In this document: positions 1 to 9,552 of the stretch, in pieces
Position numbering within the stretch: position 1 is the stretch's first letter
Layout: every line of letters begins with the position of its first letter
NCBI GenBank assembly: GCA_043779945.1
Contig: JAYWDH010000185.1
Span: 1-56,644 of the forward strand
From: Microbacteriaceae bacterium
GTDB lineage: Bacteria > Actinomycetota > Actinomycetes > Actinomycetales > Microbacteriaceae
DNA length: 56,644 nt
Direction of reading: 5' to 3'
The notes under the pieces: generated by a model
The model's database searches: none
What the model saw: the letters and a program-made list of their open reading frames with translations, nothing else
Told to the model about the DNA's origin: nothing
Made by a program: the position numbers and the translations under genes

Positions 1-28
1 GGTCAGCCATCAAGGAATGGAGCGTTCC

Positions 29-328
29 ATGAAAGGCAAGATCCTCTTCGTCACGGGCTTGGGCGTCGGATACGTGCTGGGCACGCGAGCCGGTCGTGAG
101 CGGTACGAGTCGATCAAGAAGTCGGCGCTCAAGCTGTGGAACGACCCGCGCGTGCAGAAGCAGGTCGACACGGCAGAGGCGTTCATCAAGGATAAGGCTC
201 CCGACGTCGCCGAGTTCGCGCTCGACGGAGCGAAGAAGGTCGTCTCGCAGGTGACCGGCAAGAAGTCCGCGGCCACGCGGGCTCCGGCGAAAAGGTCGGC
301 CGCCGGGTCGAGCACCACGAAGTCCTGA
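29..328 (+). CDS. Small membrane-anchored protein, YtxH-like / actinobacterial 'GYVLG-RAGRERYE' family
   Basis: N-terminal hydrophobic helix KILFVTGLGVGYVLG followed by TRAGRERYE, and a basic low-complexity tail. ATG at 29 follows a GGAG RBS. Confidence 0.7.
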   Translation: MKGKILFVTGLGVGYVLGTRAGRERYESIKKSALKLWNDPRVQKQVDTAEAFIKDKAPDVAEFALDGAKKVVSQVTGKKSAATRAPAKRSAAGSSTTKS

Positions 329-341
329 TCGGCTGAGCCCG

Positions 342-755
342 ATGGCCACTTCGCCGAACACGCCCAAGCGCTCGCTTCTCTCACTCATCACCGACATTCC
401 GGCGCTCATCCAAGAGCTATTCCGCCGTGAGGTTGAGCTGCTCAAGACCGAGGTCATTGCCAAGCTCAAGGCGCTTGGTATCGGCGCGGGGCTCATCGCG
501 GGCGCGGTGGTCGTGCTGCTCTTCCTGATCGGCACGCTGCTGACCGCGGCGATCCTGGCCCTCGGCGAGGTCATGCCGGGCTGGCTTGCGGCTCTTCTCG
601 TCGCGGCCTTCTTGCTGATCGTCGCCGCGGTCCTGGCTTTCATCGGCTATCGCATTCTCAAGCGTGGCGCACCGCCGGTACCGACCGAATCGATCGACAG
701 CCTGCAGCGCGACTACAGGGCGATCAAAGGCATCGGAAAGCGAGCATCGTCGTGA
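342..755 (+). CDS. Actinobacterial holin-X (phage_holin_3_6 / YqjE-like) membrane protein
   Basis: 'L..L.R.E.EL.K.E' amphipathic helix, two TM helices with 'PGWLAALLV', and a 'P.P.ESIDSL..D' tail. Confidence 0.75.
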   Translation: MATSPNTPKRSLLSLITDIPALIQELFRREVELLKTEVIAKLKALGIGAGLIAGAVVVLLFLIGTLLTAAILALGEVMPGWLAALLVAAFLLIVAAVLAFIGYRILKRGAPPVPTESIDSLQRDYRAIKGIGKRASS

Positions 756-976
756 GCGACATCATTGACAGCAAGACTGCGGCGGCGAAGCTGCAGGCAG
801 TCAAAGCGCGCGACGATCTCGCCGCGACGCTGGATGCCATCGAGGACAAGATCAACGTGCAGAAGCGGGTGAAGGCGTCGTACCAGGAGCGCCCGCTGCC
901 GTGGATCATCGGCGGTGCTGCTGCAGCCGCAGTTGTCATCGGCCTGCTGGCCTGGGCGATCTTCAGCGACGACTGA
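752..976 (+). CDS. DUF3618-like small protein with C-terminal TM anchor
   Basis: 'ARDDLAATLDAIEDK.N' motif and a C-terminal hydrophobic helix. GTGA overlap with the holin gene. Confidence 0.65.
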   Translation: MSDIIDSKTAAAKLQAVKARDDLAATLDAIEDKINVQKRVKASYQERPLPWIIGGAAAAAVVIGLLAWAIFSDD

Positions 977-1056
977 ATCTCGAAGGGCTACGAGTCTCGC
1001 CTGAGTGCTGACCGCACGGATTCGCGCGGCGGCGTGTCTCGGGGGAGACTAAAGGA

Positions 1057-1764
1057 GTGAGCACAAGCTCGATACCCGAAACCACAGCTCTCGACGCGCC
1101 CGCCTACACGCTGTGGGCCGTACTGCGTCGCGGCCCGCACGCGCCTCAAGGCGCCGAGCCCGAAAACGGCGCGCCGTTGGCCGAAGTCATCGACGGACTC
1201 GAAAACGACCAATCCGCGAGCGCGGTTCTTCGTGGGATCTACGACGTTTCGGGCCTCCGCGCGGATGCGGACATCATGCTCTGGTTGACCGGCCCGACGG
1301 CCGATGGCCTTCAGAAAGCGCTCCGCATCCTCCGCCGCAGCAGCGAACTCGCTCCACTGGTTCCGACCTGGAACGCGATGGGCGTGCACCGCGAAGCGGA
1401 GTTCAGCCGCAGTCATGCCCCCGCCTTTATGCGGGGTCTACCGCCCAAGGAATGGGTCACCGTCTACCCCTTCGTGCGCAGCTACGACTGGTACCTGCTG
1501 CCCGATGAGGAGCGCCGCGCCATGCTTGGCGATCACGGTCGCAAAGGCTCCGAATACCCGCAGGTCCAGGCCAACACGGTGGCGTCGTTCGCACTCGGCG
1601 ACTACGAGTGGATCCTCGCCCTCGAGGCGGCTGACCCGATCGAGCTGGTCGACCTGATGCGTCACTTGCGTAACACCGAAGCGCGCCGGCACGTGCGCGA
1701 GGAGATCCCCTTCTTCACCGGTCGTCGAATCTCCGCCGACGAAGTCCCCGAGGTACTCGCATGA
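1057..1764 (+). CDS. hemQ: Coproheme decarboxylase (chlorite dismutase family)
   Basis: Motifs YDVSGLRADAD, EFSRSH.P, YPFVRSYDWYLLP, H-G, FALGDYEW. First gene of the heme operon. Confidence 0.93.
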   Translation: MSTSSIPETTALDAPAYTLWAVLRRGPHAPQGAEPENGAPLAEVIDGLENDQSASAVLRGIYDVSGLRADADIMLWLTGPTADGLQKALRILRRSSELAPLVPTWNAMGVHREAEFSRSHAPAFMRGLPPKEWVTVYPFVRSYDWYLLPDEERRAMLGDHGRKGSEYPQVQANTVASFALGDYEWILALEAADPIELVDLMRHLRNTEARRHVREEIPFFTGRRISADEVPEVLA

Positions 1765-3002
1765 CCATCACGAACAACGGCACCAACAACGGCTCGACTG
1801 ACGGCTCGACTGACGGTTCAACCGACGACACGGCCGACGACACGGCCGCGGCGCACCGAATCTTGGCCTCGACGGATGCCGCGGCATCCGGTCCCGAGCA
1901 CGTCTCGACCCCGACCGCGTATGACGCCATCGTGCTCGCCGGGTTCGGCGGTCCCGAGGGTCAAGACGACGTCATCCCGTTCCTGCGCAATGTCACGCGC
2001 GGCCGCGGGATCCCCGACGAGCGTCTCGAAGAGGTCGCGCACCACTACCGGCACTTCGGCGGCGTGAGCCCGATCAATGAACAGAACCGCGTGCTGAAGG
2101 CCGCCCTCGAAGCCGAGTTGGCCTCCCGCGGCATCGACTTGCCGGTGCTCTGGGGCAACCGCAACTGGGATCCGTATCTGCGCGAGGCACTGACGGAAGC
2201 CGACGAGCGCGGCTTCACAAAGCTCATCGGGCTGGCCACCAGTGCCTACAGCTCGTACTCGAGCTGTCGGCAGTATCGCGAGGACTTCGCGATGGCCCTC
2301 GAGGCCACCGGCCTCGGCGGCAAGCTCCAGATCGACAAGGTGCGGCAGTTCTTCGACCACCCCGGATTCGTGGAACCTTTCGTGGACGGCCTGCGCACCG
2401 CAATCGCCGAGCTGATCGAGCGCGGGATCGCCGAGGATGCGATCCGGATCCTGTTCTCCACCCACAGCATCCCCTCCTCGGATGCCGAACGCTCCGGCCC
2501 GCGGGACCGCGACTGGCCCGACGGCGGGGCGTACGCCACGCAGCACCGTGCGGTCGCCGACGTCGTCGTGCGCGAGGCGGGAACCGATATTCCGTGGCAG
2601 CTCGTGTACCAGAGCCGCTCTGGCCCGCCCACACAGCCCTGGCTGGACCCCGACGTCAACGATGTGATCGCCGGATTCGCCAGCGAGGGAGTCGAGGCGG
2701 TCGTGATCGTGCCGCTCGGCTTCGTAAGCGACCACATGGAGGTGCTCTGGGATCTCGACACCGAGGCCACCGAGACCGCCGAGAAACACGGCATGATCGC
2801 AATCCGCACGCCGACGCCCGGTACGCATCCAGCCTACGTGCGCGGTCTGATCGACCTCGTGCTCGAGCGCGTCAACGGCACCCCGGTCGGCGAGCGCCCC
2901 GCGCTGACCGAGCTCGGACCCTGGTACGACGTGTGCCGTCCCGGTTGCTGTGAGAACGCGCGACTCGGCTTCAAGCCGGCGATCTCCGGGGTCGTGCCGT
3001 GA
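1761..3002 (+). CDS. hemH: Coproporphyrin ferrochelatase, [2Fe-2S]-type C-terminus
   Basis: FGGPEG, PFLRNVT, GGVSPIN, GNRNWDPY, YSSCRQY, HSIP, GFVSDHMEV, and C-terminal C..GCC. Confidence 0.93.
   Translation: MTITNNGTNNGSTDGSTDGSTDDTADDTAAAHRILASTDAAASGPEHVSTPTAYDAIVLAGFGGPEGQDDVIPFLRNVTRGRGIPDERLEEVAHHYRHFGGVSPINEQNRVLKAALEAELASRGIDLPVLWGNRNWDPYLREALTEADERGFTKLIGLATSAYSSYSSCRQYREDFAMALEATGLGGKLQIDKVRQFFDHPGFVEPFVDGLRTAIAELIERGIAEDAIRILFSTHSIPSSDAERSGPRDRDWPDGGAYATQHRAVADVVVREAGTDIPWQLVYQSRSGPPTQPWLDPDVNDVIAGFASEGVEAVVIVPLGFVSDHMEVLWDLDTEATETAEKHGMIAIRTPTPGTHPAYVRGLIDLVLERVNGTPVGERPALTELGPWYDVCRPGCCENARLGFKPAISGVVP
1770..1847 (+). repeat. Imperfect 12-bp tandem repeat encoding TNNG-TNNG-STDG-STDG-STDD-TADD at the ferrochelatase N-terminus
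   Basis: cgaacaacggca/ccaacaacggct/cgactgacggct/cgactgacggtt/caaccgacgaca/cggccgacgaca. Confidence 0.75.
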
Positions 3003-3015
3003 GTGCGGTGACCCG

Positions 3016-3960
3016 GTGAGGATCGGCACCCGCGGCAGCGCCCTCGCCCTCGCACAGGCGCAGACCGTCGCGGGCAGGCTAGGTGCCGAGCTGGTCGTGA
3101 TCTCCTCGGAAGGCGACCGCTCGACTGAGTCGCTCGCCTCGCTCGGCGGCGCAGGAGTCTTCGCCGCGGCTCTGCGTGCGGCGTTGCTCTCCGGAGAAGT
3201 GGATGCCGTCGTCCACTCCTTCAAGGATCTCCCGACCGCCCCGGCCAGCGGCCTGTCGATCGCGGCGGTCCCGAAGCGTGCCGACGTGCGGGACGCGCTG
3301 TGCGCCCGCGACGGCCTCACCCTCGCTGAACTGCCGGCCGGCGCCGTGGTCGGTACCGGCTCGCCGCGCCGCCGCGCGCAGCTGCTCTCCCGTCGCCCCG
3401 AGCTGTCAGTCGTCGACCTGCGCGGCAACATCGACACGCGGCTGGGGCGCGTCGGCGCCGAGAGCGGTGAGATCGACGCCGAGCGACGCCTCGACGCGGT
3501 CGTGCTCGCCGCCGCCGGCCTGGATCGCATCAAACGTCTCGACGTGATCACCGAGTACTTCGGCATCGACGGCTGGCCAACCGCTCCCGCGCAGGGTGCG
3601 CTCGCGGTCGAGACCCGGCTGGGCGATGAGAAAGCCGTTGCGAAGGTCGATCACAAGCCCTCCCGCCTCACCGCTGAAGCCGAGCGCGCAGTGCTCGCCC
3701 TGCTCGAGGCCGGCTGTGCCGCCCCGCTCGGCGTGCACGCGATCCACGACGAGGGGCTATTGTTCGTCAGCGCGCGCGTCTACCGCGAGGACGGCGCGGA
3801 GTACGTCACGAGCTCTCACGCGCTCTATCCCGAGGACGTCACCGACCCGATCGGCGAGCTGGCGAAAAGGATCACCGACGAACTGCTGGCGAAAGGTGCG
3901 GCGGAGTTGGCGCCACTGAGCGCGAGCCGCGACATCCGCGGACCAGGGGGTTCCGAGTGA
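3016..3960 (+). CDS. hemC: Hydroxymethylbilane synthase (porphobilinogen deaminase)
   Basis: RIGTRGS.LALAQ, VHSFKD.P, GTGSPRR.AQ, RGNIDTRL, PAQGAL, and the cofactor Cys in LEAGC. Start position uncertain. Confidence 0.92.
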   Translation: MRIGTRGSALALAQAQTVAGRLGAELVVISSEGDRSTESLASLGGAGVFAAALRAALLSGEVDAVVHSFKDLPTAPASGLSIAAVPKRADVRDALCARDGLTLAELPAGAVVGTGSPRRRAQLLSRRPELSVVDLRGNIDTRLGRVGAESGEIDAERRLDAVVLAAAGLDRIKRLDVITEYFGIDGWPTAPAQGALAVETRLGDEKAVAKVDHKPSRLTAEAERAVLALLEAGCAAPLGVHAIHDEGLLFVSARVYREDGAEYVTSSHALYPEDVTDPIGELAKRITDELLAKGAAELAPLSASRDIRGPGGSE

Positions 3961-4715
3961 GCAAGGAGAAACCGCTGGCTGGCTGGCGCGTGCTGGTGCC
4001 CCGCGGGGGCAAGTGGGGCGACGGCGTCTCGGCCACTTTGCGTCGCTTCGGGGCGATTCCGGTAATCGCGCCCCTCATCAACTTCGCCAGCGCCGAGGAC
4101 CCGTCGGCGCTGAGTAACGCCCTCCACGAACTGGAGGACGGCCAGTTCGACTGGATCGTGATCACCAGCGCGACCACCGTCGACGTGCTCACCAGCCAAG
4201 GAACGCGGGTGCCCGAAAAGACACGGATCGCAGCCGTCGGCGAGACCACCGCCGCGGCGCTCTCGCTCGCCAGCTACCGGGTCGACTTCATCCCCGGCAG
4301 CGACAACTCCGCACGCGGGCTGGTCAAGGAGTGGCCGGCCAGCGAAATCCGGGGACGCGTGCTGATCCCGCAGTCGGACATCGCCGAGCCGACCCTGGTC
4401 GCCGGCCTCTCCAAACTCGGCTTCGCGGTCGAGTTCGTCACGGCCTATCGCACCGTCGGCGTGCCCGTGACTACCGAGGTGGCGGCGGATGTTGCATCCG
4501 GTCGGATCCGCGCCGTGCTGGTCACTTCGGGAAGTGTGGCCCGTCAACTGGCGACGCAGCTCGCTCCGCTCCCGGATCTCACGGTCGTTGCGTGCATCGG
4601 CCCACGCACCGCCTTCGACGCGCGCGCCGCCGGGCTGCCCGTGCACGTGATCGCCGAGGAGCGCTCCGCCGACTCGCTGATCGCCGGACTCGTCGAATAC
4701 GCGGAGACCGAATGA
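3957..4715 (+). CDS. hemD: Uroporphyrinogen-III synthase
   Basis: [36 protein letters not shown], in operon context. Confidence 0.88.
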   Translation: MSKEKPLAGWRVLVPRGGKWGDGVSATLRRFGAIPVIAPLINFASAEDPSALSNALHELEDGQFDWIVITSATTVDVLTSQGTRVPEKTRIAAVGETTAAALSLASYRVDFIPGSDNSARGLVKEWPASEIRGRVLIPQSDIAEPTLVAGLSKLGFAVEFVTAYRTVGVPVTTEVAADVASGRIRAVLVTSGSVARQLATQLAPLPDLTVVACIGPRTAFDARAAGLPVHVIAEERSADSLIAGLVEYAETE

Positions 4716-5734
4716 CCGGAGAACTTCGGGGCGAGCCGGGCGCGCTGTCCTCGCCGCTCCGACCCGTGATCCGCCCGCGGCGCCTGCGGGCCACCCCCGC
4801 TTTGCGCCGCCTGACGCAGCAGACCCGTGTGCACCCGGCCGAGCTGATTCTGCCGATGTTTATCCGAGAGGGCGTCGCCGAGCCCGTCCCTATCGGCTCG
4901 ATGCCGGGAGTGGTGCAGCACTCGCTTGATTCCTTCCGGGCCGAGCTCCAGCGCGCCGCCCGCGCGGGTATTGGCGGAGTGATGCTCTTCGGTGTGCCAG
5001 GGCACAAGGACGCAACCGGCACGGGGGCGACCGACCCCGGCGGGATCCTGAACGCGGCGACCCGCATCGCCGTCGCCGAGGTGGGCGATGCACTCGTCGT
5101 GCAGACCGACCTCTGCCTCGACGAGTTCACCGATCACGGCCACTGTGGCGTTCTGGATGCCGCGGGCCGCGTCGACAACGACGCGAGTCTGGTGCGCTAC
5201 CGCGACATGGGTCTCGCGCAGGCCGACGCGGGCTCCGCTCTGCTCGGACTCAGCGGCATGATGGACGGCCAGGTGGCCGCCGTGCGCGACGCGCTCGATG
5301 CCGCAGGCCACACCGACACCGCGATCCTCGGCTACGCCGCCAAGTACGCTTCGGCGTTCTACGGACCTTTTCGCGAAGCCGTCGACTCGTCGCTGCAGGG
5401 TGATCGTCGCGCTTACCAGCTCGATCCTGCCAACCGTCGCGAGGGGGCACGCGAGGTGCTGCTCGACGTCGAAGAGGGCGCGGACGTCGTCATGGTCAAG
5501 CCCGCGCTGTCGTACCTCGATGTTCTTGCAGATGCCGCGGCAGAAAGCCCGATCCCGGTCTGGGCCTACCAGGTGAGCGGCGAGTACGCGATGCTTGAGG
5601 CCGCGGCGGCGCACGGCTGGATCGACCGCGAGCGGGCGATCGACGAAACCCTCACGAGCATCCGTCGGGCGGGCGCCGAAGCGGTGCTCACGTATTGGGC
5701 TATTGAGGCTGCAGAACGGTGGACCCGAGCGTGA
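4712..5734 (+). CDS. hemB: Porphobilinogen synthase (ALA dehydratase)
   Basis: RPRRLR, Zn-site [39 protein letters not shown] overlap with hemD. Confidence 0.95.
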   Translation: MTGELRGEPGALSSPLRPVIRPRRLRATPALRRLTQQTRVHPAELILPMFIREGVAEPVPIGSMPGVVQHSLDSFRAELQRAARAGIGGVMLFGVPGHKDATGTGATDPGGILNAATRIAVAEVGDALVVQTDLCLDEFTDHGHCGVLDAAGRVDNDASLVRYRDMGLAQADAGSALLGLSGMMDGQVAAVRDALDAAGHTDTAILGYAAKYASAFYGPFREAVDSSLQGDRRAYQLDPANRREGAREVLLDVEEGADVVMVKPALSYLDVLADAAAESPIPVWAYQVSGEYAMLEAAAAHGWIDRERAIDETLTSIRRAGAEAVLTYWAIEAAERWTRA

Positions 5735-7095
5735 ACGCGGCAAATACCACCGGATCCATCCGCGCTGTCGGCAACGAGGCAGCGTTCGTGCGCGCGAAGG
5801 CCGCGATCCCGGGGGGCGTGAACTCGCCGGTTCGGGCCTACGGCTCAGTCGGCGGGACGCCGCGCTTCCTGGTCGCGGCGCGTGGCGCGATCGTGACCGA
5901 TGTCGAGGGCCGCGAGTATGTCGACCTGGTGAGTTCGTGGGGTACCGCGCTGCTTGGGCACGCCCATCCGGCTGTCGTGCACGCCGTGCAGCAGGCCGCA
6001 TTGCGCGGGCTGAGCTTCGGCGCGTCGACGCCCGGTGAGACCGAACTGGCAGAGTTGGTGCGAAGCCGACTGTGCGTCGACGGAGTGCGAGGTATCGAGA
6101 AGCTGCGCCTGGTGTCGACGGGCACCGAAGCGACGATGACCGCCATCCGGCTTGCCCGCGGCGCGACCGGTCGTGACCTGCTGATCAAGTTCGCCGGGCA
6201 CTACCACGGGCATTCCGATGGACTTCTGGCGGAGGCGGGTTCGGGACTGGCGACCCTGGGGCTGCCCGGGTCCGCGGGAGTTCCCGCCGACATCGCCGCG
6301 CTCACGCTTGTGTTGCCGTACAACGATCTGGAGGTGGTCCGCGCGGCGTTCGCGGCGCATCCGGGTCGCATCGCGGCCATCATCACCGAGGCGGCTGGGG
6401 CCAACGCTGGCGTGCTCGCGCCTGTTCGAGGCTTCAACCGCGCGCTGTCGACGATCGCGCATGAGAACGACGCACTGCTGATCGTGGATGAGGTGCTGAC
6501 CGGGTTCCGGGTCGGTCCGGCTGGCTGGTGGGGTCTCGAGGCTGCGCGCGTCGTACCGGACGGCGCCGGCTGGGTCCCCGACATCGTGACCTTCGGCAAA
6601 GTGCTGGGCGGTGGTCTTCCGCTCGCGGCACTCGGAGGCCGTGCGGCCATCATGGACCAGCTTGCGCCGCTCGGCCCGGTGTATCAGGCCGGCACTCTCA
6701 GCGGGAACCCGATTGCCGTCGCGGCGGGGATCGCCACTCTCACGAACGCCACGCCCGAGGTGTACGCGCGCGTGAATCATGCAGCGGATGTCGTGGCCGG
6801 TGCCCTACACGATGCGCTCGACGCCGAGGGGGTCGCCCATGTGATCCCGCGCGCCGGCAGCCTGTTCTCGGTGGCATTCCGCGCCGAACCGGTACGCAAC
6901 TTCGCGGATGCCCGAGCGCAGGACGTCTTCCGCTACCGAGCCTTTTTCCACGCCATGCTCGACGCCGGAGTCAGCCTGCCGCCGAGCGTGTTTGAGGCGT
7001 GGTTCCTGTCGGCTGCGCACGACGACCGGGTACTGGATCGTGTCGTCAGTGCACTCCCCGGGGCTGCACGTGCGGCGGCCTCGGCGGTCGTCTGA
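5731..7095 (+). CDS. hemL: Glutamate-1-semialdehyde 2,1-aminomutase
   Basis: [35 protein letters not shown]-lysine [23 protein letters not shown]. Confidence 0.95.
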   Translation: MNAANTTGSIRAVGNEAAFVRAKAAIPGGVNSPVRAYGSVGGTPRFLVAARGAIVTDVEGREYVDLVSSWGTALLGHAHPAVVHAVQQAALRGLSFGASTPGETELAELVRSRLCVDGVRGIEKLRLVSTGTEATMTAIRLARGATGRDLLIKFAGHYHGHSDGLLAEAGSGLATLGLPGSAGVPADIAALTLVLPYNDLEVVRAAFAAHPGRIAAIITEAAGANAGVLAPVRGFNRALSTIAHENDALLIVDEVLTGFRVGPAGWWGLEAARVVPDGAGWVPDIVTFGKVLGGGLPLAALGGRAAIMDQLAPLGPVYQAGTLSGNPIAVAAGIATLTNATPEVYARVNHAADVVAGALHDALDAEGVAHVIPRAGSLFSVAFRAEPVRNFADARAQDVFRYRAFFHAMLDAGVSLPPSVFEAWFLSAAHDDRVLDRVVSALPGAARAAASAVV

Positions 7096-7119
7096 GCCCG
7101 GTTCGTTCGAATCGAGCGG

Positions 7120-7896
7120 TCAGAGTTGACGCACGGTGTGGCGATGGACCCGGTGCTTGACGACGTGCGGCTTCTCGGCCACCGAGCGAGTGCACTGGTG
7201 GTGTGACCACTGCACGCACCGCATCAGCGTACGAGCCACGGGTGCTGGCGCTGGCGCGGCCTCGGGTGCCGGCGCGACCACGGGTGCCGGCGCGGCAGCC
7301 ACGACGACCGGGGCGGACGCCACGGCGGCGGGAGAACGAGTCGGAGCGGGAGTAAGAGTCGGAGCGGCCAGGGGCGGGCTCGGCGGCGCCGGAGGCGGCG
7401 GCACAGTGACGTGCGCGGCGTATTTCCCGAAGTCCTGCGTGAAATAGGTCTGGCCGTTGAGCTCGTAGTACCCGATTCCGATGTCGGTGTAGCCGCCCAT
7501 GATGTTCGCGTAGTGACCCGCCGAGGCGTGCCAGGCGGCGACCACCGTGTCGTAGCTGTAACCACTGGCGATGTTCTCGCCAGCCGAGGTCCATCCGGCC
7601 GGGATCTGCGTGGAGTAGCCAGGGTTATGCGTGAGCGCTCCCGCCGTATACATCTGGAGCGACCAGGATTGTGCGACAGCATCCATCGCTGAGTTCTCGA
7701 CCAGAGGGGCCAGGCCGCCCGCCGCGCGCAGTGCGTTAGTGTCCGCCAAAATCTTGGCAATCGCGGTCGGAACCGCCACCGTCGTCGCCGCCTGCGCCGA
7801 CGTCGGCATCACGAGCAGCCCCGCGGCCACGACGCCGATCGAGAGCGTGACGCTCACGAACCGGTGCCCGAACCAAGTGCGAGATTTCTGTCCCAT
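7120..7896 (-). CDS. Secreted CAP (SCP/Antigen5/PR-1) domain protein with Pro/Ala-rich linker and His/Arg-rich tail
   Basis: Signal peptide ending SAQA, N..RA..GL.PL, GENIA, W..S.GHYAN, IGIG, YFTQDF. Confidence 0.85.
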   Translation of the reverse strand: MGQKSRTWFGHRFVSVTLSIGVVAAGLLVMPTSAQAATTVAVPTAIAKILADTNALRAAGGLAPLVENSAMDAVAQSWSLQMYTAGALTHNPGYSTQIPAGWTSAGENIASGYSYDTVVAAWHASAGHYANIMGGYTDIGIGYYELNGQTYFTQDFGKYAAHVTVPPPPAPPSPPLAAPTLTPAPTRSPAAVASAPVVVAAAPAPVVAPAPEAAPAPAPVARTLMRCVQWSHHQCTRSVAEKPHVVKHRVHRHTVRQL

Positions 7897-8012
7897 CGTG
7901 CGCTGCCCCCCGGCTCTGTGATTTCCCGCCTCCCCCGAGACAGCACTCCCACCATACGACAGCGGGAATCTGGCCGCCGTCCCCCAAAGAAGGCGCGCGC
8001 GCTTCTCAGAAG

Positions 8013-8420
8013 TCACGCGGCGGTCAGCGAGAGCACCAGGAAGATGAGCGCGATCAACGGAGCGACGCCCTGCGTCGCCGCGGCCCGAGCCAGCCTGGGG
8101 TTCGAGGTGATCAGTACCACCGAGGCGAGCAGCATGCTGAGGCAGACGAAGATGGCGAGCGCGATGCCTTCGCCCCGTACCTTGGTGGACCCGATCATCA
8201 CGAGTCCGGCGCCCGCGCCAAGCGCGAGGAACACGTTGTAGAAGCCCTGGTTGTATGCCATCGGCCGCACGGTGTCCGCCGCCTCCTGCGACATCAGTCC
8301 GAAGCGCTTCCAGGTTGCGGGACGACTCCAGAGCACGCTCTCGAACGCGAAGATGAAGACGTGGATCAGCGCCGCGAGGCCCGCGAACATTGCTCCGATG
8401 ACCAGGAAGACACCGCTCAT
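8013..8420 (-). CDS. DUF1304-family membrane protein
   Basis: H.FIF..ES, NQGFYN.FLA, 'AA..QG..P', four TM helices. Confidence 0.8.
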   Translation of the reverse strand: MSGVFLVIGAMFAGLAALIHVFIFAFESVLWSRPATWKRFGLMSQEAADTVRPMAYNQGFYNVFLALGAGAGLVMIGSTKVRGEGIALAIFVCLSMLLASVVLITSNPRLARAAATQGVAPLIALIFLVLSLTAA

Positions 8421-8445
8421 GCGGTCAGTCTTGCACTATCCGGCG

Positions 8446-9468
8446 CTACCCGAAGAGGACGGCGGCTTCGTCGTAGCGGCTCTGCGGAACGACCTTCAGG
8501 CGGCCGAGCGCGTCCTCGAAGGGTACGTGCACGATTTGGGTGCCGCGCAGCGCGACCATGCGACCCCAGTGGCCGGACCGGATCGACGCGATCGCCGCCA
8601 TCCCGTACCGAGTCGCCAACACGCGGTCGTATGCACTCGGCGTGCCCCCGCGCTGGATGTGGCCGAGCGTCGTCGCGCGCGTCTCAATCCCGGTGCGGGC
8701 CTCGACCTCGGGTGCGAGCTGGTCGCCGATCCCACCGAGTCGTGGACGACCGAAGGCGTCGAGCCCGCGCTCGGAGTGCGCGTCATCCATGGTGTCGAGC
8801 TTGAAGCCCTCGGCGACGCAGATCAGCGGAGCGCGGCCGCGGTCGTGGGCGGACTGCACCCACTCGCAGATCTGCTCGATGCTGGTGCGCTGCTCCGGGA
8901 TGAGGATCGCGTGCGCGCCGGCCGCCATGCCCGAGTGCAATGCGATCCAGCCGACATGGCGGCCCATGACTTCGGCCACCATGCAGCGGCCGTGCGAATC
9001 GCCGGTAGTGCGGAGTCGGTCCATCGCCTCGGTGGCGATCTGTACGGCGGTGTCGAATCCGAAGGTGTAGTCCGTGGCCGAGAGGTCGTTGTCGATCGTC
9101 TTCGGTACGCCCACGATCTTGATGCCGGCATCCGTCAACCGCTTGGCGGCCGCAAGGGTGCCTTCGCCGCCGATCGCGATGAGGGCTTCGACGCCGTTCT
9201 CCTCCATGACCTCCGCGACACGCTCCGCACCGCCCGCTTCGAAGGGATTGGTGCGTGAGGTGCCGAGGATCGTGCCGCCCTGCTTCGAGATCCCCATCAC
9301 CTGAGGGCGGGCCAGCGGCATGATGTCGCCATCGATGACGCCCTTCCAGCCGTTGCGGAAGCCGACGAACTCCATGTCGTGCAACTTGATTCCGGTGAAG
9401 ACCGCCGCGCGGATCACGGCGTTCAGGCCGGGGCAGTCGCCGCCGCTGGTGAGGATGCCGATGCTCAT
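8446..9468 (-). CDS. pfkA: 6-phosphofructokinase (actinobacterial group III, ATP-type GGEG motif)
   Basis: TSGGDCPGLN, GGTILGTSR, GGEGT, PKTIDND, EVMGR, LGHIQRGG. Confidence 0.95.
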   Translation of the reverse strand: MSIGILTSGGDCPGLNAVIRAAVFTGIKLHDMEFVGFRNGWKGVIDGDIMPLARPQVMGISKQGGTILGTSRTNPFEAGGAERVAEVMEENGVEALIAIGGEGTLAAAKRLTDAGIKIVGVPKTIDNDLSATDYTFGFDTAVQIATEAMDRLRTTGDSHGRCMVAEVMGRHVGWIALHSGMAAGAHAILIPEQRTSIEQICEWVQSAHDRGRAPLICVAEGFKLDTMDDAHSERGLDAFGRPRLGGIGDQLAPEVEARTGIETRATTLGHIQRGGTPSAYDRVLATRYGMAAIASIRSGHWGRMVALRGTQIVHVPFEDALGRLKVVPQSRYDEAAVLFG

Positions 9469-9552
9469 GAATCACCATCCTGCCGTGTTTTGTCCCGGTC
9501 GGAGTGCGTCAGGGAGCCGCCGGCGTCCGTGGTCGCGGCTAGGCTCGCCCCG

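Noticed and set aside
342-755. Prophage lysis cassette
   Set aside because: No endolysin or other phage genes. This holin-like family is routinely chromosomal in Actinobacteria.
1818-6001. Long antisense ORFs (e.g. 1818-3566, 4544-6001; also 45756-47474, 47564-49003, 52374-53411)
   Set aside because: Shadow frames of high-GC genes. They have no recognisable motifs and lie opposite well-supported CDSs.
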